Virus record (IMG/VR): IMGVR_UViG_3300013102_000008
Span: 1,501-65,500 of that record
Length of the DNA stretch: 64,000 nucleotides
Source of the DNA: a virus
Taxonomy: Duplodnaviria; Caudoviricetes
Strand: one strand, 5' to 3'
In this document: positions 28,242 to 37,244 of the stretch, one piece after another
Layout: each line of letters opens with the position of its first letter
Numbering within the stretch: the first letter of the stretch is position 1
Position numbers and translations under genes: made by a program
Notes under the pieces: generated by a model
What the model was told of the DNA's origin: nothing
Seen by the model: the letters and a program-made list of their open reading frames with translations, nothing else
The model's database searches: none

Positions 28242-28727
28242 TTATTTTAAAATCCGTACGCTTACGTCCTGCCTTCCGAAATCCCGCGCATCTTTTAATC
28301 GCGGCATCAATACGTCAATCTTGCGTCCCTTTATTGCGCTTCCCGTATCAATCGCAATCGCGAGGAATGTATATCCGCTACTCAATCGGATTTCCAACGG
28401 AGTCCACATCGGGATAACGTTGGCATCCGTTGCCACGACTCGGTATCCTTCGTAGTGATTATCACGCCTAACGTCGATTCCCGTACGAGTGATTCCTGTG
28501 CATCCCGTGTCGCATAGCGCTACGTACGCCGATGCGTTGTATGTGCGCCATTTCTGCGTTGATTTAGCGTGATTAACTGCGGTGGTGGCGGTAGTAACCT
28601 CGGTGGGTTCGGACGGCGCTACTACGCTTATATTCGGTGATTCTACGTGTGTATTCGGTGGGACTCCGTTGATTCCGGAGAGTATCGTAGATACTGCGAT
28701 GATGACTCCGATTAGGCTTCGCGAGAT
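28242..28727 (-). CDS. Secreted 3D-domain (MltA-like) cell-wall protein, 161 aa (proposed ATC start)
   Basis: ASAY...TGITRTG...VATDANVIP...AIDTGSAIKGRKIDV; frame open 97 codons upstream of GTG 28436 with no canonical start; AAGGAGG 7 nt before ATC; signal-peptide-like N-terminus. Confidence 0.85.
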   Translation of the reverse strand: MSRSLIGVIIAVSTILSGINGVPPNTHVESPNISVVAPSEPTEVTTATTAVNHAKSTQKWRTYNASAYVALCDTGCTGITRTGIDVRRDNHYEGYRVVATDANVIPMWTPLEIRLSSGYTFLAIAIDTGSAIKGRKIDVLMPRLKDARDFGRQDVSVRILK

Positions 28728-28951
28728 GCGTCCGCCTCCTTCGTCTGTGTCGCCTGCGCTTCGTATAATTCCGCAAGGCGTACCGCCAATTTGATTATCA
28801 AATCATCCGCCTGTGCTATCGTCAATCCGATATGCTCATCGTACTCATCGTCGCCTTCTACGTAAATTACGTGAGCATCGGGATTGATTTCGAGTGCAGA
28901 CAACGTTGCGTCGAGAGTCGTATGGTTCCACGAAACATCCACCATTTTCAT
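28712..28951 (-). CDS. Hypothetical protein
   Basis: 79 aa, GGAGG RBS, coupled. Confidence 0.55.
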   Translation of the reverse strand: MKMVDVSWNHTTLDATLSALEINPDAHVIYVEGDDEYDEHIGLTIAQADDLIIKLAVRLAELYEAQATQTKEADASREA

Positions 28952-29466
28952 TCGTTTGCCTCCCTTACGTTAAACAGCGCTTCGACTTGCGCAAGTAGCG
29001 CAGACTTCGCTTCGGCTGGCGTGAGGCGTTCGAGTTGCGTAGTGCCAAATTCGCTCCCTACACGACGACTAATAACGGATACGACATCTATCGGGAATGA
29101 GAGTCCCTTGCGCGAGTCCACCATCTGGATAATTACGATATCTCCCACTGCAAAGTAATCGTAATTATCCGTAAGTACCCGAGCATAGTCCCCAATTTTC
29201 AATGCCATTTCCTCCGTCAACTCCGCCTCTAACTCCGCGAGTTCTTTACGTTTCTGTGCGATGAGTTCGGCGGTTGTGACTCCGACAATTTCACAATCTA
29301 CGCGTTGAATATATCCAATGCCTCCCTCATCATCTTCAGGATCGTGACAGTCCAATACTTCGTAGCTTTCGTCGTCATCGAGTTCTCCGTCGGTCTCGAA
29401 TACCTCGCCGATTCTTTTCGCATACCAATACGTTGGAACTCCGCAACTTATTACGCGTATCTTCAT
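28948..29466 (-). CDS. Hypothetical protein (LKIGDYARV module)
   Basis: 172 aa; shares module with 39499-41160. Confidence 0.65.
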   Translation of the reverse strand: MKIRVISCGVPTYWYAKRIGEVFETDGELDDDESYEVLDCHDPEDDEGGIGYIQRVDCEIVGVTTAELIAQKRKELAELEAELTEEMALKIGDYARVLTDNYDYFAVGDIVIIQMVDSRKGLSFPIDVVSVISRRVGSEFGTTQLERLTPAEAKSALLAQVEALFNVREANE

Positions 29467-30234
29467 CTATTCGTCCTCCTTCGATTTGAAATACGCTGAT
29501 AACCACGGATCAACCTTCGTAATCTCATCGCGGATACTTACGGCTAATTGCGTTATCTCATGCTGTGCGCCGTTACCGGGACGTCTCTTCGCGTAGAAAT
29601 CGAGGAATGTACGTAGGTTGCCGGTCATAACGAGATTACACGTAGTTGCGTTCGGAAGGACCATACGGGCGTCTTCCTGCGGTACTCCGGCTTCGCGCAA
29701 GAGATCATACGCGTGTTGCGCCTGTTTCATCGCATCTTCGTAAAGGTCGATCGCGTATTCGACGCCCCACGGTTGTAATGCGCGTGTTTTTCCGTGTATG
29801 GAATCCGGAGTTACATGGTCGAATCCGCCGCTCTTATTACCGGTTCCAAACGGGACATACCGCTGACTCTGTACGCTAAACGATAGGTGACGGTGACGCG
29901 TTAACTGCGCAAGTAATGCGCGACTTACGCCTTCAACCGCGAATGTATACGTCAGATGTTCGAGCGTACTCGTATGTCCGGATCGCGTAATATGCCGGAA
30001 CAATCGGTCAGCCTCCGTACCGCCTTCGTTATCTGACGCGGTATTACCGAAGTATTTCGCGCCTTCCTTTGCGACGATTTCCGTAGGCTTAAGCGGTGAA
30101 TAGCAACATCTGATAGCGGTTAATGCGATTGCTTTCTCACGCGCATCCCATCCGTATTCTCCTACGAGATCAAACGGTAAGGATGCGAGAAACTCCGGTG
30201 TTAACGTTGAATGTGCAATTAGTTTAACGGTCAC
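29467..30234 (-). CDS. thyX: Flavin-dependent thymidylate synthase
   Basis: GHTSTLEH, RHRHLSFSVQSQRY signature, EDARMVLPN, AQHEI. Confidence 0.95.
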   Translation of the reverse strand: MTVKLIAHSTLTPEFLASLPFDLVGEYGWDAREKAIALTAIRCCYSPLKPTEIVAKEGAKYFGNTASDNEGGTEADRLFRHITRSGHTSTLEHLTYTFAVEGVSRALLAQLTRHRHLSFSVQSQRYVPFGTGNKSGGFDHVTPDSIHGKTRALQPWGVEYAIDLYEDAMKQAQHAYDLLREAGVPQEDARMVLPNATTCNLVMTGNLRTFLDFYAKRRPGNGAQHEITQLAVSIRDEITKVDPWLSAYFKSKEDE

Positions 30235-30380
30235 TCTTCGCCCTCCTTCGATATATGTGTGTACGTAAGGTTAGCTCCGACTATCTGCACAATAAATACT
30301 TCCGCAGGCGTTGCGCCAAATATGAAAGACGCGCATATTCCCAGAAGGAATCCGCCTAAAATCGATATAAATAAGCGCAT
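30231..30380 (-). CDS. Small membrane protein, 49 aa (not in ORF track)
   Basis: AAGGAGG RBS; MRLFISILGGFLLGICASFIFG. Confidence 0.5.
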   Translation of the reverse strand: MRLFISILGGFLLGICASFIFGATPAEVFIVQIVGANLTYTHISKEGEE

Positions 30381-30381
30381 A

Positions 30382-30615
30382 CTATTCGACCTCCTTCGTT
30401 ACTGCGAGAATATCCGCTAAGTGTTCGCGGAGTATCGTTTTCATTAGCGCGATTTGTTCGTCGATACTAGTAGCGTCGTCCGCCTCTGCAACTATCGGAA
30501 GGAACGCGTCTACTTCGTCATCCGTAAACAACTCCTTCAGCGGAACATCCGATTCCTCCAACGCGACTATTAACGAGCTGAACATGACAACCTTCCGTAA
30601 CATTTCGTCCGTCAT
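30382..30615 (-). CDS. Hypothetical acidic protein
   Basis: 77 aa, coupled. Confidence 0.55.
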   Translation of the reverse strand: MTDEMLRKVVMFSSLIVALEESDVPLKELFTDDEVDAFLPIVAEADDATSIDEQIALMKTILREHLADILAVTKEVE

Positions 30616-30825
30616 TTATTCGCCACCCTTCTTCCTAGTTATTTTCAAACGTAATCCAAGAAGTAGCACCGGCCATACTAGCACTATTACCGCGAGAAAC
30701 GCGCGTTGTACTTGCGGACTCTCTAGCGCTGAAAACTTCGGATCTGATACGTCAGGCTTCAAATATTTAGCGATGAGAAACGCGGTTACAACTCCGATTA
30801 GTAGATAAATGCTAACTACGGTCAT
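30616..30825 (-). CDS. Small membrane protein
   Basis: ATG 30825; two hydrophobic segments. Confidence 0.55.
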   Translation of the reverse strand: MTVVSIYLLIGVVTAFLIAKYLKPDVSDPKFSALESPQVQRAFLAVIVLVWPVLLLGLRLKITRKKGGE

Positions 30826-30832
30826 TCTGCGT

Positions 30833-31378
30833 TCACCCCCCCCCCGACTTAACTCCGCTATGTCCGAATCCACCGTCGCCTCTTTCCGTCTCGCTTAGTG
30901 CGTCAACTTGCGTGAACTCTACGTGTGGGATGCGTTGGATAAGCGCTTGAGCGATTCTGTCTCCTTTGCGGATCAGGTACGTACCAATCGGATAACTCGT
31001 TCCGATATCCCACGCGGTAAATACGCCATCAATTGTGAAGTATCCGCGGGCATATTCGTATTCTTTCTGCGCGATGTTGTCGATAATAACGCTGACTTCT
31101 CCGCGATAATCCGAGTCAATCGTAGCAGGCGCATTCCCTACGCGTAGCTTCGTATTCTTCGTAATTCCGGAGCGCGGACGTATCTGCATTTCGTAGCCAA
31201 TTGGTATCTCGAACGCGAGTCCAATCGGTACTAGCGCGGTATCTCCCGGCGCGATGATGACGTCGGCTACCGATACGAGATCGAATGCTGCGGCGCCCTC
31301 CGTTGCGTAACGTGGAATAACGGCGTCTGCGTGGAGTTTACGGATGTTAACGTTAATTGTTGTGTTGTTCGTGTTTAT
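30833..31378 (-). CDS. dut: Trimeric dUTPase (proposed ATA start)
   Basis: AAAFDL, IRPRSG, TIDSDYRGE, GDRIAQ, RGDGGFGHSG; AAGGGTG RBS before ATA 31378. Confidence 0.93.
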   Translation of the reverse strand: MNTNNTTINVNIRKLHADAVIPRYATEGAAAFDLVSVADVIIAPGDTALVPIGLAFEIPIGYEMQIRPRSGITKNTKLRVGNAPATIDSDYRGEVSVIIDNIAQKEYEYARGYFTIDGVFTAWDIGTSYPIGTYLIRKGDRIAQALIQRIPHVEFTQVDALSETERGDGGFGHSGVKSGGG

Positions 31379-31406
31379 AGCGCTCACCCTTTCGTAGTAA
31401 TTTTGT

Positions 31407-31451
31407 CTTACACATACATGTTGCCGGCCGAAGCTACTTTCGCACACTTTT
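31407..31451 (-). promoter_or_regulatory. 45-bp conserved phage promoter-like motif, copy 1
   Basis: AAAAGTGTGCGA-N13-CGGCAACATGTATRTGTAAG; also at 44746-44790 and 55494-55538. Confidence 0.75.
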
Positions 31452-31480
31452 ACGAAAATAAACGTAAAGAATCCGCCGAC

Positions 31481-31789
31481 CTATACGCAGGTGGCGGATT
31501 CTATTAAACGTTGAGCCGTACGTAGCGCCCACGCATTATACGGTAAGTCGTAACCGGTGGTACCGTCCCATTCCGCAAACTCCGCAGCTAACGGAGCAGA
31601 CGCGGACTCGTCCGGGTAATCACGTTGTAAATCGCGTAACTCGTACGCCCATCGGTCGAATGTTGAATCCTCGATAATGGACGTACATAACCGGTAATAC
31701 ATTACGGAGTGTACGAGTAGCTGGCGACGGCGATGCGTTATAGTTGCGATGATGTCTGCGTTCATCTTACGAACACTTCGAATGTCCAC
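31481..31789 (-). CDS. Stand-alone NAD-dependent DNA ligase N-terminal (domain Ia)-like protein
   Basis: VHSVMYYRL..SIIEDSTFDRWAYELRDLQRDYP resembles LigA H..YY....P.I.D..YD....EL..LE...P. Confidence 0.65.
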   Translation of the reverse strand: MDIRSVRKMNADIIATITHRRRQLLVHSVMYYRLCTSIIEDSTFDRWAYELRDLQRDYPDESASAPLAAEFAEWDGTTGYDLPYNAWALRTAQRLIESATCV

Positions 31790-34436
31790 ATCCGCCTAAA
31801 TCCGGTAGGCACGTATAACATCCGTCTTGACGTACAAACGTAGACTTACCGCATTTCGGACATAAATCCGTTGATGTCGCGTTACTATGTGGAGTTGTAT
31901 CGTATTCCTCCGATTGTACCGTAGTATCCTCCGTCAATGACGCGAACACCTTCGCCAACGCATCCGGTAATGAGTCTACGCGATTAGGCCCGAAGCCTAC
32001 CGCTGTTGCTCCACTAATACCGCGAAACTTCTTCGTGAGCCATTCGATTTTACGCTCCTGCGGAAGATTAGCGATACGCGGCGATAACATACCGGTTAAC
32101 GCAATCGCGAGGCCATCCGATATGGCGGCGATGTCTGCGCCCGTCTTACCGAGTTTAACGAATACCTCTTCGACTTCCTCCAACTCATTCCGGTTAATCG
32201 TAACGTACGCTTTACCGAACGGAGTCGGCGTCTTAACCGTTACACCACGTAGAGTCTGCGGACGCTTGTAGAATGTCGGAGGCGCTTCGGTAACCGCAGC
32301 TTCCGGTGTTTCCACCTTGTCCACCGTTAACACTTGTACGTCGCGTGATCCATCGCGGTATATCGTAACTCCTACGAGTCCCTTATCGAATCCGTACATA
32401 TACAACTCAGAAGTCTGTTCGATTGTGTAGTTATTCGGACAGTTCGCCGTCTTCGATATAGCGGAGTCATTCCACTTTTGAATCGTGGCTTGTACGTCAA
32501 CGTGTTCACGCGGTGTTATCTTCGGTGATCCGTCCTCGAATGTACACATCGCAGAAACGAAGTATTCCGGTAATGATTCGCCTGGATTAGCGTCGATCCA
32601 TTCGCGTGCCTTTCCGAGATAATCCTTCGTAGATGCCATACGTGACTCGCGCATCCACTCGATAGCGAAGAACGGTTCCACTCCGGTTCCTACGCTATAT
32701 CCGCGTCGTCCTGTTTTAGTTCCGGTTGTTCCGGTAGGCGCCTGCGTTAATAGATGCGAGTTACGGAGTCCGTTCTTGCGGATTAGGTCGCGGACATTTT
32801 CCCCTAACAAGCGTGGTAATCTAGCGGTTAATAGCGCTTCGTCGTACATCGGAAATGCTCCGCGCTTACTTGCAAGTAATGCCGAAGCTTCGTACGCGTT
32901 TTCTGCGATAAAGGCGTATAGGTTATCGATAAAATCGATAGATTCCGGTGATCCATAACGCAGCCCCATATCGATGAGTAAATCCGCAATACCTAACGTT
33001 CCCATTCCGATACGGCGCTGTCCGAGTTGAGTTTCGCGATTCTCTTCGAAATGATACGGAGTGTAGTCGATGACATTATCCGCGAATCGTACAGTATCGT
33101 GTACCGTCTGTTTCAGTAGCGCCCAATTGACATCTCCCGTTGTGGTATTATAGAACTCCGATAGATTAATATGAACAAGATTACATACACCCCAACCAGG
33201 TAACGGTTGTTCACCGCAGGGATTAGTACATACGTTTTTCTGATAATAGAACGTATTGTTCCACGGAATGATATCGGAATGAGTATCTAACGCACGCGGA
33301 TCGAGCGTATATTGTGGAGTTCCGTCGCTACTCTCCGCCGGAATCAATATTTGTGTCGGCGTCATCAGTCCGTCATTCATACGGTCATATATAACGATAC
33401 CTGGCTCGGCGGACTTCCACGCGGAACTGATAATAGTATCGTATAACTCGCGCGCCTTTATCGTGCTATATATTTCAACCGGAAGTCCGGCCGCTAACCA
33501 CTCGTGAATATCGAGGTATGTTTCGCCCCAATTCTTATATTCCGGATGTTTCATAACTGGATAGATCAGTTTCCACTTTGCGTCATCCTTCACCGCCTGC
33601 ATGAACTCCGCGGTAATCTGAATAGATAAGTTAGCATTCGTAATCTGTCCGGCAGTTTGCTTAACGGTGATAAATTCGAGTAAATCCGGATGTGTATTAT
33701 GCAACTGCAGCATCAACGCACCGCGACGGCTTCCGCCTTGTTCGATAAGTCCCGTAGTATACGAATATGCTCCGCCCCACGATACCGCACCACTCGATGT
33801 TCCATTAACTCCGTAAACTTTCGCATACTTCGGACGTAGTGTAGATAAGTTAATTCCGACTCCGCCGCCGCGCGCCATTATCTCGATCTTATTACCGAGT
33901 GTTTCTACGATACCTTTGCGACTATCCTGCGGCGATGGGATTACGTAGCAATTATACGAAGTTAAATCCGTATCCTTATCGTATGCTTCCTTCGCGCCGA
34001 GCATCGCCTGTATCCGTCCGCCGGGCACCGTGCGCTCGTTGAATAGTGAGTCGCGGATACGTTCGGCATATTCTTCGTCTGCAACTCCGTCCGTATACGT
34101 CATATCCGTAGCCATACTTCCGGCAACCATCCGATCCACGGAGTCCGACCATTCCGCATCTAGCGGATAGTAAACCTTGCGCTTATTAACCGTGTATTCA
34201 ACGCGGTTACATTCGCCGATAAACGTTACGTCTTCGACTGTAACCGCGATAGCTTCGCCCCAGTCTTTCTGCGGATACTGCGGATTCGATTCGTCAACGA
34301 CCGCAATAACGACGTCACCTACGTTAATCTTCGTTGTATCGAGTTCCTTCACGCTGTAACGGTCGAGTTGTAGTAACACTTGGAACGGAGTCTTCTTAAA
34401 GTCTGCACCGTAGAGTTTCGCTATTAAATCGCTAAT
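31767..34436 (-). CDS. nrdJ: Class II (adenosylcobalamin) ribonucleotide reductase with C-terminal TSCPD/Zn-ribbon (proposed ATT start)
   Basis: PGGRI, NCYV, GGGVGINLSTLRP, EQGGSRRGALM, AEPG, TNPCGEQ, CNL, APTGT, SAISKT, TIYRDGSR; no nrdB/F seen. Confidence 0.92.
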   Translation of the reverse strand: MSDLIAKLYGADFKKTPFQVLLQLDRYSVKELDTTKINVGDVVIAVVDESNPQYPQKDWGEAIAVTVEDVTFIGECNRVEYTVNKRKVYYPLDAEWSDSVDRMVAGSMATDMTYTDGVADEEYAERIRDSLFNERTVPGGRIQAMLGAKEAYDKDTDLTSYNCYVIPSPQDSRKGIVETLGNKIEIMARGGGVGINLSTLRPKYAKVYGVNGTSSGAVSWGGAYSYTTGLIEQGGSRRGALMLQLHNTHPDLLEFITVKQTAGQITNANLSIQITAEFMQAVKDDAKWKLIYPVMKHPEYKNWGETYLDIHEWLAAGLPVEIYSTIKARELYDTIISSAWKSAEPGIVIYDRMNDGLMTPTQILIPAESSDGTPQYTLDPRALDTHSDIIPWNNTFYYQKNVCTNPCGEQPLPGWGVCNLVHINLSEFYNTTTGDVNWALLKQTVHDTVRFADNVIDYTPYHFEENRETQLGQRRIGMGTLGIADLLIDMGLRYGSPESIDFIDNLYAFIAENAYEASALLASKRGAFPMYDEALLTARLPRLLGENVRDLIRKNGLRNSHLLTQAPTGTTGTKTGRRGYSVGTGVEPFFAIEWMRESRMASTKDYLGKAREWIDANPGESLPEYFVSAMCTFEDGSPKITPREHVDVQATIQKWNDSAISKTANCPNNYTIEQTSELYMYGFDKGLVGVTIYRDGSRDVQVLTVDKVETPEAAVTEAPPTFYKRPQTLRGVTVKTPTPFGKAYVTINRNELEEVEEVFVKLGKTGADIAAISDGLAIALTGMLSPRIANLPQERKIEWLTKKFRGISGATAVGFGPNRVDSLPDALAKVFASLTEDTTVQSEEYDTTPHSNATSTDLCPKCGKSTFVRQDGCYTCLPDLGGCGHSKCS

Positions 34437-34591
34437 AAGTCATCGCTCCGTTTCGTCATCTATTTTTAGTTGCGCGTTAACACTCACTAGTCTTTCGGTC
34501 ATCATCGCGATATCTTCCGTCTTAATGCGTATATTCCACGTCAGTCTTTCGCGTTCGTATCGGAGTGCGCGGAGTAGGCGTTCGTCCGTTG

Positions 34592-35128
34592 TTAACACGA
34601 TGCGCCTCCGTTAATCATATTTTCACGCAGTAAATACGTTATGATGACCGCAATCGCGTCCGCCTCGTCGCCTTCCTTGTTCAGCGTTAACTCCGGTTCA
34701 TCGAAGAATATCCGTACGGCTTCCGCAATCATCGCTTTATCCGAACGTCTACCTGGAGATCCCGTAATCCGACGCGCCCACGCCTTTACCGTTTGAATAT
34801 TGATATCGTAGATTTCGTAGTCTGCGAGGGCGAACTCGGTAACTCCGTGGCTCTTAAATATCTGCTTAGTCGGAAGGTTAAACCGGACAATTCCGGCTTC
34901 CCTCGGAATCACGCGTTCAATATTCGGATATTTGTCTATGATACCCGTGATGCCTGCGTGAATCTGACGTAAGCGCTCGCCGTCCGATAGTTTAGCGGTG
35001 GACTTGATAAGTCCGTAGTCAACTAACGTCGGCACGCGGTTAGTAACGGACATGACCGCGTAGCCGGATTTCGTGAGTGATGTATCGAGTCCGAGGTGGA
35101 GCGTTGTGATTGCGTTAGTCTTCGGGAT
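34592..35128 (-). CDS. ruvC: RuvC-like Holliday junction resolvase (proposed ATC start)
   Basis: LGLDTSLTKSGYAV, ERL..I, DEADAIAV; GGAGGTG 7 nt before ATC 35128. Confidence 0.85.
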   Translation of the reverse strand: MPKTNAITTLHLGLDTSLTKSGYAVMSVTNRVPTLVDYGLIKSTAKLSDGERLRQIHAGITGIIDKYPNIERVIPREAGIVRFNLPTKQIFKSHGVTEFALADYEIYDINIQTVKAWARRITGSPGRRSDKAMIAEAVRIFFDEPELTLNKEGDEADAIAVIITYLLRENMINGGASC

Positions 35129-35324
35129 TGTCCGCCACCTCCGAGCCATCGTCGAAGTATCCCGCGAGGAATCCGAGGAACGTGATTACACCGAACACTA
35201 TGCGGAAGGTTAGCGAAGATTCTCCGCCGAATAGCGCGGCACATATAAATGAGAATCCGAGGATTAACGCTCCCATAAGTCCTACGACTGCTATTCCGCG
35301 TATAACGTTATTAACTATTTTCAT
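35115..35324 (-). CDS. Small two-TM membrane protein
   Basis: 69 aa hydrophobic, AAGGAGG RBS. Confidence 0.6.
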   Translation of the reverse strand: MKIVNNVIRGIAVVGLMGALILGFSFICAALFGGESSLTFRIVFGVITFLGFLAGYFDDGSEVADNPED

Positions 35325-36376
35325 ACCGTCGCCTCCTTCGTATTATCCGCTCTAATCCGTTCAATCTCCGCCAATGCCTCCGCAGGTCCACGCTTCTTAT
35401 AGTCAGGTAGCTTCGAACGCTGTAACGCGCTTACTTGGCGTTGAATATCCGCGAGTTCTTCGTCTGATAACGATAGCGAACATGCGCGCTTGAAGTTGTT
35501 AAACGTAAAGTTATCGATATCCAATTTCGGAGGGATTCCGCTATCTACCGCATCCAATACGTCAGCGAAGCCGTCGAACACTTCCGTTTTCATTGCGTCC
35601 GTAACCTCGAAGCCGAATGCGCGGATGTCCGGACTCTTCGCGTATTCTTCCGGTGTCATTACGTAGGATTTCTTCGAACAGTTAACGTAGAGGATAACGT
35701 AATAATCCACGTTGTACATTTCCGAATAACATACGGTTTGCTTAACGTGTTTATCTTCCGCAGCTTTCATCGAATAGTCTCCGGTGCGCGAACACGTAGT
35801 TTGTTTACTTTTAACTTCGAGTCCGACGCGTAACACTTCGCCAGTGTCCGTTGTGTACAACATAATACCGTCAGAATATCCGTAGAGTGCGAATGTCTTA
35901 CCGCGATGCGTCAGCGTTACGAGTCCTGGCGCAAACTGTTCGAACATTGGCTCGTTGTAGGCGTTACGTTCGAAGGCGAACCGCGGAGGCGCTCCGACTT
36001 TAGCTGCGTAATGTTTCTCCGCGAATAACATATTACGTTGGATGAGATCGCCCACCGTTGTTCCGAGTTGATTCCAGCGTCCCTGATACGGAGGTTTATT
36101 CGCGATATCCTTCGGTTGTTTCGTAGCCTTGGCGTATAGTTCCCGTTTACACGATCCGGAACTACTCGGAGAGAAATACGGAATCCCCTTCGGCGGCCAT
36201 ACTTTACGTTGCCTATTCGTAAGTATATCCGCGTACATTCGATGAATCTGCGCATCTAACGCATCGTCGTATACCTCCGGAACGCTGAACCACGCGTCAA
36301 GATGCGCTATCAAATCGGATGCGATACGGTCTGCTAACGGAATTGTTGGCGCGCCTACTCTCGTAAATATACTCAA
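35321..36376 (-). CDS. PD-(D/E)XK (Cas4/RecB-like) exonuclease
   Basis: FSPSSSGSCKRELY, GYSDGI, LEVKSK, QTVCY. Confidence 0.8.
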   Translation of the reverse strand: MSIFTRVGAPTIPLADRIASDLIAHLDAWFSVPEVYDDALDAQIHRMYADILTNRQRKVWPPKGIPYFSPSSSGSCKRELYAKATKQPKDIANKPPYQGRWNQLGTTVGDLIQRNMLFAEKHYAAKVGAPPRFAFERNAYNEPMFEQFAPGLVTLTHRGKTFALYGYSDGIMLYTTDTGEVLRVGLEVKSKQTTCSRTGDYSMKAAEDKHVKQTVCYSEMYNVDYYVILYVNCSKKSYVMTPEEYAKSPDIRAFGFEVTDAMKTEVFDGFADVLDAVDSGIPPKLDIDNFTFNNFKRACSLSLSDEELADIQRQVSALQRSKLPDYKKRGPAEALAEIERIRADNTKEATV

Positions 36377-36858
36377 TTAACCGCCTCCTTTAATATGTTG
36401 AGTCTAGCGTATTCCCCAAAAAACTCTAGCGCTTTACTGTTATATACAGCCGCCGCGTCTTCGGATGTTGAGTAAATACCTAAGTAATATCCTTTACCAT
36501 TGAAGGTAATTGTGGCTCTCCATTTCTTCTGTGCGGGCATCCATTGTACTCCCCTATATCCTGACTTGGATTTTCGTGGTTTTTGGCTCCACAGATTTTG
36601 TTGTTGGGTTACAACTCGTAAGTTTTCTCTTGTGTTATTTAGCTTGTTTCCGTCTATATAGTCAACGATACTTCCTATTTTTGCATTTAAAATAGCACGA
36701 CTCATTGTTAGATGTCTCTGTTTTTTAGTGATTGGATTCCATATGGAAGTTTTAATATATCCTCGTTTGTCTACGTACCAATTGTGAAGGGATAATTTGG
36801 TGTAATCCTCGTCGTCTACTATTGCAACTTTACCTTGCGTTAGCAGTATTTCCCTCAA
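36373..36858 (-). CDS. HNH-AP2 free-standing endonuclease
   Basis: VDYIDGNKLNNTRENLR (usual His appears as Tyr), SGYRGV..KKWRA.I....YLG.Y...EDAA..YN; AT-rich. Confidence 0.85.
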   Translation of the reverse strand: MREILLTQGKVAIVDDEDYTKLSLHNWYVDKRGYIKTSIWNPITKKQRHLTMSRAILNAKIGSIVDYIDGNKLNNTRENLRVVTQQQNLWSQKPRKSKSGYRGVQWMPAQKKWRATITFNGKGYYLGIYSTSEDAAAVYNSKALEFFGEYARLNILKEAVN

Positions 36859-37113
36859 TTAATCACGCTCCTTATCGGATTCATCTACGTACTCATACAT
36901 ATACTTCTCACCGCGTTGACCGGCTTCATACGCTAATTCCAGTAGTCTACGGATGCCTAATGCACTCTTTAAGTCGCGATGGAACGTGTTATCTTCGGGA
37001 CAAGCGCAAGCTACGGAAAACTCCACGCCACCTTTATCGTCGTTAGTCGCGATAGATAATTCCATCATTCCGTAACCGTCTCCGTCAATATTACGCGTCT
37101 CAACTATTCGCAT
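36859..37113 (-). CDS. Hypothetical protein
   Basis: 84 aa, CPEDNTFHRDL motif, RBS. Confidence 0.6.
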   Translation of the reverse strand: MRIVETRNIDGDGYGMMELSIATNDDKGGVEFSVACACPEDNTFHRDLKSALGIRRLLELAYEAGQRGEKYMYEYVDESDKERD

Positions 37114-37244
37114 ACTTCCGCCTCCTCTTCGTCATCTTCCGGATTCCATCCGCAGGAACAATCGTGATCTCCGTATTCGTCCGCCAGTACGCGGATTGTC
37201 TTGCGGCAGCTTGGACATGTATAACTCGATGTCTCGCGATCCAT
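37104..37244 (-). CDS. Small Zn-finger-like protein, 46 aa (not in ORF track)
   Basis: ATG overlaps pol stop; CPSC...CSCGW. Confidence 0.45.
   Translation of the reverse strand: MDRETSSYTCPSCRKTIRVLADEYGDHDCSCGWNPEDDEEEAEVCE

Noticed and set aside
33240-33390. Intein in nrdJ (insertion before TNPCGEQ)
   Set aside because: Only ~35 aa and lacks C/S start and HN end; no intein motifs seen in polA, helicase or terL either.
35321-36376. Cas4 as sign of a CRISPR system
   Set aside because: Stand-alone PD-(D/E)XK exonuclease in a replication cluster; no other cas genes.
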